Under the pieces are notes generated by a model, which did no database searches, was not told where the DNA came from, and was given only the letters and a program-made list of their open reading frames with translations. From a bacterium (lineage in GTDB: Bacteria > Zhuqueibacterota > Zhuqueibacteria > Oceanimicrobiales > Oceanimicrobiaceae), in NCBI GenBank assembly GCA_046757525.1, contig JBHHYI010000108.1:1-14008 (forward strand): a DNA stretch of 14,008 nt. The letters run 5' to 3'. Positions 7,398-14,008 of the stretch are shown here, in pieces. Position numbers and translations under genes: made by a program. Numbering within the stretch: position 1 is the first letter of the stretch; each line of letters starts with the position of its first letter.

Positions 7398-8924
7398 TTA
7401 GTTAATCTTATACAGAAAAATTTTGGACCTCTCACGCTTATAGATTAATTGCAAATTCTCTGGCAACCTCGCCGGCTGTTGCAAAATTCTTAGTTTTGGT
7501 CTTAACTCCTCCTCAACATCGCTGTAAAGTAAATAAGTGGCATTTCTTTCCTTGGCAAATTTTAACAGCGCTTCCAATGAATCCACTTCCGGAAAATACT
7601 CCGTGTTTATATTGCTTAGGAAACCAAGGTGTGGTTTCCTGGCGATCAAAACATCAGAATCGGTTCTATTGTGACGTAGAACTTGCGCGATTTCTATAAG
7701 CTCCGTTGGCTCGCTGGTAACATTCTTTTTGGTCTCTAAAACGGAATAATAAAGTAGAAAAATGGCACAAAGAGAAAAAACCATGTAAGAATATCGGGCT
7801 TGCTTGAATATATCTTCGCGAAAAATAAAATATACCGGAACGAAGATAAAAAATGGTGCAATATAGAGGTAAAAGCGCGGCCAGAACTGCACCAAGGTAA
7901 GAATGAGAAAACCCAGGACGGGGAATACCAACAAAGAGAAGATTTTCTTAGTGTTATTAAACAACAGCAAAATTAAACCTGGTGCAAAAAACAAGTATAA
8001 CGGAAATTTCACCAAATGAGTTAGTGCATTCTGAAAATATTTAACTATGTGCTTGATTAACTGAAAGGCAAAGTATTCAAAATCAAAAGAAATCACAGAG
8101 AACAATGAGTTGAACTTTGCCGCTGCCAGCACTTTTTCTTCCGCACCAAAACTTGTTCCTGAGCCATAGAACGTCATGGCGACGACCAAATAATTTGATT
8201 GCGACATAGGACCGCCCGCATGAAAATAATTAAAAATCCACCAAGGTACGGAAACGAGAAAAAAAGCAAGTGAATAAACAAGCAAACCTTTCATTCGTCT
8301 GTTCCAGGCATCGTTGTCTGGGTTAAGAAAAATCAGAATAAGAGCAACTGAAATCGGCAAAAAAATCGCATTGTAACGAGTTATGAAGGCATAGCCGGCG
8401 ACCAGACCACTCCAAAATAGATTCGAATAGGATAGGGGTGTCTTGCTATAAAAGAAATAAATCGAGATTATGACCACAGCAGCAAAAAAGATATCGCTTT
8501 TTACCAGTATTGAGAAAGGCAGCAATATCAGAAACAAGAGCACGACGGTATAAAAGGCAACTTTTTTATTGAATAAAACATCAACCAATTTGAACGTGAA
8601 CAAGATTATTAGCAAACTAGAGAAGATGGAAACCGCTTTACCTGTAAGGAACATGTCTTGAAATAGAAGACTCGTTATCGCTAATACCAGCACGTAGCCC
8701 GGCCCATGATCTGGCTCCGTATATTCTTTCCCCTGCAAGATATTTTGAGCATCGCAGGCATATGAGCCATAAAAATCCGTTTCATTGTAACTTGCCATTT
8801 CGTGAAAATGGCTCACGCCCAGCATGGCAGCAGCAGCCAACAACATGAACGCAATCAACATTTTGTCATAAAAATCATGTTTTTTTGCTTTTGACATGAT
8901 CATACTTGGAGCCACATTCACCAC
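7398..8924 (-). CDS. Polytopic GT-C glycosyltransferase (ArnT/PMT_2, GT39/GT83-like)
   Basis: 508-aa ORF with roughly a dozen hydrophobic segments. Acidic ETD after TM1, HGPGY, GLVAGYAFITRYN, VPWWIFN, and a soluble C-terminal domain. Start uncertain (GTG 8924, or ATG 8903/8897). Tandem TAA TAA stop. Confidence 0.8.
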   Translation of the reverse strand: MVNVAPSMIMSKAKKHDFYDKMLIAFMLLAAAAMLGVSHFHEMASYNETDFYGSYACDAQNILQGKEYTEPDHGPGYVLVLAITSLLFQDMFLTGKAVSIFSSLLIILFTFKLVDVLFNKKVAFYTVVLLFLILLPFSILVKSDIFFAAVVIISIYFFYSKTPLSYSNLFWSGLVAGYAFITRYNAIFLPISVALILIFLNPDNDAWNRRMKGLLVYSLAFFLVSVPWWIFNYFHAGGPMSQSNYLVVAMTFYGSGTSFGAEEKVLAAAKFNSLFSVISFDFEYFAFQLIKHIVKYFQNALTHLVKFPLYLFFAPGLILLLFNNTKKIFSLLVFPVLGFLILTLVQFWPRFYLYIAPFFIFVPVYFIFREDIFKQARYSYMVFSLCAIFLLYYSVLETKKNVTSEPTELIEIAQVLRHNRTDSDVLIARKPHLGFLSNINTEYFPEVDSLEALLKFAKERNATYLLYSDVEEELRPKLRILQQPARLPENLQLIYKRERSKIFLYKIN

Positions 8925-8929
8925 TTTGG

Positions 8930-10798
8930 TTATTTGATATATCCCAGTGCTTTCAGTTTCTTAACTGTTTCCTCATCTAAGGAAATCTTTTTCTTCTTGG
9001 TTTTCGCCAATGCTCTGGCTGCAACAATTCTTCCGGTAAGTACTTTGAAAGGTTCTAACCGCTGCTTTTCAACATCAATTGAATTCTCTCGTTCTAACGG
9101 GTCAGCTCTTAAGTTATAAAACTCATCCTTCTTATTCTGGAAATGAATGTATTTAAAATCACCCGTACGCACCGAAATAATGGGATATCCACCTTTTACT
9201 GCGATTTCACTTACAGCATATTGGGGAAACTCGCCCTTCGTGTCATTGCCATACTTCTGATCTAAGAAAGTCAGCAAACTATGCCCATCGACCTTTTGCG
9301 CTAACTTTACGTTTAAGAACTGCATAATGGTTGGTTTTAAGTCAATCAGCCGGACTTGATCTTCAATTACTTTCCCGGCATAAAGCGAGCGGGGAAATTT
9401 TATTATCAGAGGCACCTTCAGTAGCTCATCATAAGGAACAAAGCTGTGAGAAATGAAACCATGCTCCATAAATGCATCACCATGATCGGCGGTAAAAATA
9501 ATCATTGAACGATCGTAAACGCCCTTCTTCTTGAGTTCTGCAAACAAGCGTCCCAACTGATTATCAATATAGGTTATTAAACCGTCATAGTAAGAAATGA
9601 GCTGCTTGACGTCTTTATCTTCTAAGGATATTTGCTTCTCTCTGATTTTATTCAGATAGGCTCCCCATTCCTTGAAATTGACCTGAGAGTAGAAGTCGCT
9701 GTATTTACCATACAAAGTATCGTAAGGGGCTTTGGGGTTATACGGATCATGGAGATCTAAGAAATGAAGATAAGTAAATGTTTTATATTTAATTCCGATA
9801 TATTCAAGCCATCTTAAAAATTTCTTATTGATCCATTCAATAGACCCTTCTCGATCGCTGTAAATTGTAAAACCCTGACTAAACCCCATATGGGACTTTA
9901 AGTGTACGTTGTTTACCCATGCTGAAGTGATATACTTCTGGTGCAACAACGCCTCTGCTAAGGTCATCTCATCTTCACTCAAAACATCAGAAGTAATGTT
10001 ATTTTTGCTGTCCTGTTTGTTTCCCCAGTAAACCTGGTGGTGGTAAGGGTATTTTCCTGTGAATAGGGAGGCGATGCTGGATTTGGTAAACGTGCTTTGG
10101 CTAATCGCCTGCTTAAAAATGACGCCGGCTTTGGCCAACTCGTCAATGTTGGGGCTGGTCTGCCGACTGTAGCCGTAACAACCCAGATGATCCGCCCTAA
10201 GCGCATCAATCAAAATAACAATGATGTTGAAGGGTTCTTCTTTGCTGTACAATTTGTCGAAGCATGGAATCATATTCAGGATTACCACGAAGCTGAGTAA
10301 CATACCGAGCAGTTTAACGGTGCTGCATGCCTTTAAGCTGAAAGATTGCTTATGGAGCAGACTTAGTTGTGTCCAGGGATAGACGATTCTCAAAGCAAAA
10401 AACCATACAATCAAAAAGACCACCCCAATTACGCCATTCCAAAAAAGGCTTCTAATTGTCAAAAAGGCTGGCAAATGGAATTGGTTAATACGATAACCCA
10501 GGTATAAAAATGGTGGTAGAAAAAGAACACCACTGGCCACATAAGAGAGCCACGGATTCTTTGCGAAAAATCGGCGAAATGATCTGATCACGCTAGAATA
10601 AACCGCAAAAAGGATTGCGACAATCAGTATGTTTGTGTTTACCGTGCCTTTGAAAATATCAAGTACAGTGCGCACAAGCGGCTTACGAAAAATGGTCCAA
10701 CTTTTCTCAATTCCAAAAGCAACCCCAAAGATGACGCCTAAAAGAATCACTATATTTAAGATTTCAACTAAAAACGTTAGCCTTTTTTTCCGAGACAT
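8930..10798 (-). CDS. Membrane-anchored sulfatase-like / alkaline-phosphatase-superfamily enzyme (LtaS-like topology)
   Basis: About 5 N-terminal TM segments, NIIVILIDALRADHL, TSPNID, SQSTFTKSSIASLFTG, LHFLDLHDPY, YDGLI.YID, FTADHG, VPLIIKFP, LKALGYI. Start moved from the ORF-track GTG (10816) to ATG 10798 because AGGAGG lies just upstream. Confidence 0.87.
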   Translation of the reverse strand: MSRKKRLTFLVEILNIVILLGVIFGVAFGIEKSWTIFRKPLVRTVLDIFKGTVNTNILIVAILFAVYSSVIRSFRRFFAKNPWLSYVASGVLFLPPFLYLGYRINQFHLPAFLTIRSLFWNGVIGVVFLIVWFFALRIVYPWTQLSLLHKQSFSLKACSTVKLLGMLLSFVVILNMIPCFDKLYSKEEPFNIIVILIDALRADHLGCYGYSRQTSPNIDELAKAGVIFKQAISQSTFTKSSIASLFTGKYPYHHQVYWGNKQDSKNNITSDVLSEDEMTLAEALLHQKYITSAWVNNVHLKSHMGFSQGFTIYSDREGSIEWINKKFLRWLEYIGIKYKTFTYLHFLDLHDPYNPKAPYDTLYGKYSDFYSQVNFKEWGAYLNKIREKQISLEDKDVKQLISYYDGLITYIDNQLGRLFAELKKKGVYDRSMIIFTADHGDAFMEHGFISHSFVPYDELLKVPLIIKFPRSLYAGKVIEDQVRLIDLKPTIMQFLNVKLAQKVDGHSLLTFLDQKYGNDTKGEFPQYAVSEIAVKGGYPIISVRTGDFKYIHFQNKKDEFYNLRADPLERENSIDVEKQRLEPFKVLTGRIVAARALAKTKKKKISLDEETVKKLKALGYIK

Positions 10799-10802
10799 AA
10801 AT

Positions 10803-10808
10803 CCTCCT
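10803..10808 (-). promoter_or_regulatory. Shine-Dalgarno site of the sulfatase-like gene
   Basis: AGGAGG on the minus strand, 4 nt upstream of the ATG at 10798. Confidence 0.6.
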
Positions 10809-10822
10809 GCGGGCACATGAAT

Positions 10823-11665
10823 TTAGATCGTTGCTTCAGTCGTCCTGAAGTAATGATCTTGCACCGATACAAATTCAAAATCCGTCAGCAACTGCATTAG
10901 CTTGTTCTCGGCGTTTTTCACGTTGGCGTGCAAAATGAAGTTGTTGCGAAACCCCCTGGAACTCTTTGGCTTGTCGCGATCAATTTCGTAAGGGTGCAAG
11001 TAGAAAACAACCGGCTGCTTTTCCTGGCCGTTCACTTTGTTGATGGCCCATTTCACAAACCAGTAAGGCAAAATTCTGAAATAAAAGCCGCCACAAAAAG
11101 GCAGGCGTTTGCCATGAAAGTCCAGCGTTGTCGGCGGAATTTCCTCCATGGTCTGGTTAGAGGCTATCTTAATCTGGTACCTGAACCTTGGGAACCGGTT
11201 GTCCCCGTACAAGTAGGTTTTGAATGGGTACAGGCTGGAATCGTATTTTATGCCGCGGTCTTGTAACACGGACCAGACCCACTCATTTTCCTGGTAAACG
11301 GACCAGTAAGGGGCACGAAACCCGATGATCGAATCCTGAACGATGTCCTGGAGCACCTTAACGGATTTGTCCACGTCACGTGCAAAATCTTCTTCGGTGC
11401 GATCATAAACCAGTCGATGTTCGTAGCAGTGCGAAGCAACTTCATGACCCTGTTTATGGATATCCAGAACCAAATCCGGAAACTTTTCGGCCACTTCGCC
11501 TAAAACGAAAAAAGTTGCTGTGTTGTGAGTCTGCTCCATCATGCGTAGAATCTTGTAGGTCGGTTCCAGAACGCGGCTTTCAAAAACCGCACCATTGCCA
11601 TATTCGTCATGAAGAAAATTCCCGTGGTACCAATCTTCCAAATCAAAGGTCAAGATGTTTTTCAT
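10823..11665 (-). CDS. Polysaccharide deacetylase family protein (CE4/NodB-like, DUF3473; PEP-CTERM-locus type)
   Basis: TFDLEDWYH, ATFFVLG, GHEVASHCYEH, GFRAP, YDSS, GGFYFR, FYLHPYE motifs. The ATG at 11665 overlaps the upstream TGA (TGATG) and has GGAG 5 nt upstream, so it is preferred over TTG 11668. Confidence 0.9.
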   Translation of the reverse strand: MKNILTFDLEDWYHGNFLHDEYGNGAVFESRVLEPTYKILRMMEQTHNTATFFVLGEVAEKFPDLVLDIHKQGHEVASHCYEHRLVYDRTEEDFARDVDKSVKVLQDIVQDSIIGFRAPYWSVYQENEWVWSVLQDRGIKYDSSLYPFKTYLYGDNRFPRFRYQIKIASNQTMEEIPPTTLDFHGKRLPFCGGFYFRILPYWFVKWAINKVNGQEKQPVVFYLHPYEIDRDKPKSSRGFRNNFILHANVKNAENKLMQLLTDFEFVSVQDHYFRTTEATI

Positions 11666-12090
11666 CAATTCTCCACGATTTCTTTGGCTGCACTGGCTTC
11701 GCTCTGAGCTTCTTGCAGGCTCTTCAGTTCTTCTCTAAGCTGCTTGATTTCCCAATACAGCAAGCCTGTATTTTGGGCGAGCGTCTTGTTTTGCTTGTCA
11801 AAACCGGAGACCAGAACGCTGAAGTGAATCATCAACACGATGATGCCAAGGACGAGAACCGCAAACAGCATGGCAGGTTCGTATTCCACGCCGATTAAAT
11901 ACGAAACATTCTTCAGCAAATCAGTCCAAACAGAAATGATCAGGAGAGACAGCCCCATGGCAAACCACAAGATCGAGTAGCCCTCTTTGAGCTTGTTTTT
12001 TCGGATCAATTCGATGATAAATAAGAGAAGAACCAAACTAAATGCGACGGCAAAGAATTGCAACTTTAATGGAATTAACCGTTCAGTCAT
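11665..12090 (-). CDS. DUF2304-family small membrane protein (GacJ/Rv3632-like partner of polyprenyl-phosphate sugar synthases)
   Basis: 141 aa with three TM segments, IRKNKLKEGYSILW, GVEY.P, and a C-terminal coiled region with KTLAQ. Overlaps the GT2 gene by 8 nt, the usual context for this family. Confidence 0.85.
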   Translation of the reverse strand: MTERLIPLKLQFFAVAFSLVLLLFIIELIRKNKLKEGYSILWFAMGLSLLIISVWTDLLKNVSYLIGVEYEPAMLFAVLVLGIIVLMIHFSVLVSGFDKQNKTLAQNTGLLYWEIKQLREELKSLQEAQSEASAAKEIVEN

Positions 12091-12841
12091 CGGTGACCTC
12101 CTTGCGCAATGGCCGTTTTAAAGCGTCTATTAAGATAGCGATCGATATGGAAATCATGAAATAAACAGCCTTGAACCTGGTAACCGACGACTCCCCGCCC
12201 TGTCTCTCGCGCATGGAAACCGACACTTCGTTGATCTTGAAGCCGTTCCTTTTCAGCAGGACCAAAGATTCTGGTTCGGGGAAATCAATCGGGTAGTGTT
12301 CCGAAAGAAACTCGATGGCTTTGCGGCCAAAGGCGCGAAAACCGGAGGTAGAATCTGCAAAGGATTGACCGGCCACCAAAGCAATGAGAAAGGAAAAAAT
12401 CCGGTTGCCCAGGCGCCGCATAAATGTAGAGGAATAATTGACATCGGCGAGGAAGCGGCTTCCCATCACCATGTCGCAGTTGTTTTGCTCTATGAGTGAA
12501 GTCAATTTTTCCACTTCTTCCGATTTGTGCTGTCCGTCGGCATCCAATTGAATTGCCACATCGTAACCGTTTCTGTCTGCGTACAACAGACCCGTTTGCA
12601 CCGCACCGCCAATGCCCAAATTGAATGGCAGGGAAATAACGGGCACCCCACATTTTTCCGCCAATTCCGCTGTCGAATCCGAAGAACCATCGTTGATCAC
12701 CACGATGTCGTGCTTCGGACAGTCTTTTTGAATCGAATGAATTACCGAAGCAATGTTTCTTTCCTCGTTAAAGGCCGGTATGATGATGAGGACTTTGTTC
12801 TCTTTTTGCAACTTAGTCTCTTCCAAAAGTTTTGCGCTCAC
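12083..12841 (-). CDS. Glycosyltransferase family 2, DPM1-like (polyprenyl-phosphate glycosyltransferase)
   Basis: IIIPAFNEE, INDGSSD, NLGIGGA, QLDADGQH (DxD), GSRF, DSTSGFRA, ERQGGESS. The GTG start overlaps the upstream TGA (GTGA). Confidence 0.92.
   Translation of the reverse strand: MSAKLLEETKLQKENKVLIIIPAFNEERNIASVIHSIQKDCPKHDIVVINDGSSDSTAELAEKCGVPVISLPFNLGIGGAVQTGLLYADRNGYDVAIQLDADGQHKSEEVEKLTSLIEQNNCDMVMGSRFLADVNYSSTFMRRLGNRIFSFLIALVAGQSFADSTSGFRAFGRKAIEFLSEHYPIDFPEPESLVLLKRNGFKINEVSVSMRERQGGESSVTRFKAVYFMISISIAILIDALKRPLRKEVTDD
12096..12103 (-). promoter_or_regulatory. Shine-Dalgarno site of the DUF2304 gene, embedded in the GT2 3' end
   Basis: AAGGAGGT on the minus strand, 5 nt upstream of the ATG at 12090. 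Confidence 0.7.
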
Positions 12842-13938
12842 AGTTGGGGCACGTATTTGATCAAACGCGGTCCGACAAATTGCGTTAGTTTAAAGGGCAA
12901 TTTTTTCCAGATGTTGATATACATTTCATATTGATTGTTCACAGCATCGACCACAGGGATGCTTTTTGCCCGGTTCAAGAAATAGTGGTAATAAAGTTGC
13001 ACCGGTTTTGCTCCCCACTGAACTTTGAAGTTAAAGGTCCCGGCGGCCACTGTGGAGCGTCCAAAATCGAAAACTTCAAAGCCATTTTCACAAGCGTATT
13101 CAATGGCTTTCCAGTAAAGAAAATTATTCACGTAGATTCTATTGTATTTTCTCAGCGAAGCCACCCAGGGTTCGGCCAGAATGTTCTTGAACTTAAACAA
13201 GAACATGGCCGACACCACTTCAGAATTCAATTTGAGAACGAATAGGTTGGCCCGATCTCCAAATTCGTCCATAATAGCCCGGTAAAAGGCAACCGGATGG
13301 TCTGGCGTTCCAAGGTGCTTTAGATTCAGAGAAAGGACCGAATAGAAGTCTGCTAAATACTCTGGCCCTACTTCGACTTGCAAACCAGCCTTCTCAGCCT
13401 TCCTGACCTTGCCGCGATTCCTGGAACTAAGACTCTTCCAAATCTCTTCAGGCCCGGCCTCCAGATCCAGCATCAAAGTTACAAAGCTCTCTTTTGTGGG
13501 CAATGGATTTTCGGTTAACGCCGCCTTTATCGGCTCCCGAAGTTGGCGGAATTCGATGTATTGAGCATTCTCTGCGCGGGCAATTTCAAAGGCAGCCTGG
13601 AGTAGTTTTTCCCCCGACAGGGCGTCGTTTGTGCAGAGTCCGGCAAAATTGGCAAAGGGATTTGAAACCAGGTATTTTTTCTGCAACAGGTCCCGCATGA
13701 GAAACAACGGTAGGATGCCAGAGATATCACCATCCTGACCACAAGCCGCGAGATAATAAGATTTGAACCCAAAGGTTTTTTCTAAAACAGCTTTCCAGCC
13801 AAACAAATGGTACATGGTACTTTGCGGCTGCTGTTCCACAAAATGGTCCCACAAATCACCACGGTTGGAGTCCATTTGCTCTATTTTGACGCATTGCTCA
13901 CAAGTGCCCGGAGCAAGAGTTTGTAGTGTGCCAGTCAT
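12838..13938 (-). CDS. FemAB-related GNAT-fold protein (XrtA/PEP-CTERM system-associated type)
   Basis: WDHFV, TMYHLFGW, GILPL, LVSNPF, YIEFR, R.KVRKAEKAGL, LGTP, NNFLYW, FDFGRS, FKVQWGA. ATG 13938 is preferred over TTG 13971 because an upstream frame ends at 13946. Confidence 0.85.
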   Translation of the reverse strand: MTGTLQTLAPGTCEQCVKIEQMDSNRGDLWDHFVEQQPQSTMYHLFGWKAVLEKTFGFKSYYLAACGQDGDISGILPLFLMRDLLQKKYLVSNPFANFAGLCTNDALSGEKLLQAAFEIARAENAQYIEFRQLREPIKAALTENPLPTKESFVTLMLDLEAGPEEIWKSLSSRNRGKVRKAEKAGLQVEVGPEYLADFYSVLSLNLKHLGTPDHPVAFYRAIMDEFGDRANLFVLKLNSEVVSAMFLFKFKNILAEPWVASLRKYNRIYVNNFLYWKAIEYACENGFEVFDFGRSTVAAGTFNFKVQWGAKPVQLYYHYFLNRAKSIPVVDAVNNQYEMYINIWKKLPFKLTQFVGPRLIKYVPQL

Positions 13939-13945
13939 ACACTTG

Positions 13946-14008
13946 TTAAGGTTTGATAAATTTCTTCTCAAATGTGTATCGGATTCTCAAGCCTAATCTT
14001 AATTCAAA
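13946..14008 (-). CDS. 3' end of an upstream gene (partial, product unknown)
   Basis: Open frame from the window edge, FELRLGLRIRYTFEKKFIKP-TAA, stopping 7 nt before the FemAB-like ATG. Confidence 0.5.
   Translation of the reverse strand, partial: FELRLGLRIRYTFEKKFIKP

Noticed and set aside
8880..10789. A7 runs near the starts of the GT-C and sulfatase-like genes as phase-variation tracts
   Set aside because: Seven-base runs encoding Lys-rich N-termini are expected in AT-rich DNA, and both frames are intact.
7398..13938. Gene symbols such as arnT, arnC, femA, ltaS, gacI
   Set aside because: Only family-level resemblance is visible; orthology and substrates cannot be established from motifs.
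6574..13996. Short alternative-frame ORFs inside the enzyme genes (e.g. 11380-11898 +, 12285-12653 -, 12527-12934 +)
   Set aside because: They overlap genes with clear family motifs and show no protein-like features.

Overview
Bacterial window, almost entirely coding on the minus strand, forming one tightly coupled gene run. In transcription order (right to left): the 3' end of an unidentified gene, a FemAB/GNAT-type protein of the kind found in PEP-CTERM/exopolysaccharide loci, a DPM1-like GT2 glycosyltransferase, a DUF2304-like membrane protein, a polysaccharide deacetylase (DUF3473 type), a membrane-anchored sulfatase/LtaS-like enzyme, a polytopic ArnT/PMT-like (GT-C) glycosyltransferase, and a 2426-aa secreted multidomain protein. 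That protein reads as signal peptide, SGNH hydrolase, two homologous unassigned beta-rich domains flanking an FN3, 11 Big_1-like Ig repeats (the first interrupted by a CBM6/35-like module), two cadherin/PKD-like Ig domains, a 'VELSSF' domain and a FlgD-Ig/T9SS-type C-terminal tail. The tail style and strong Shine-Dalgarno sites suggest a non-Bacteroidota FCB-group organism such as KSB1 or Calditrichota (inference). Main hypothesis: a lipid-linked amino-sugar surface-decoration pathway combining GacI/J/H/L-like and ArnC/D/T-like parts with a FemAB-like acyltransferase, coupled to a giant esterase-tipped surface protein. A nested palindromic, REP-like element lies just after the last stop codon. 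All family assignments are from motif recognition by eye; no searches were run.
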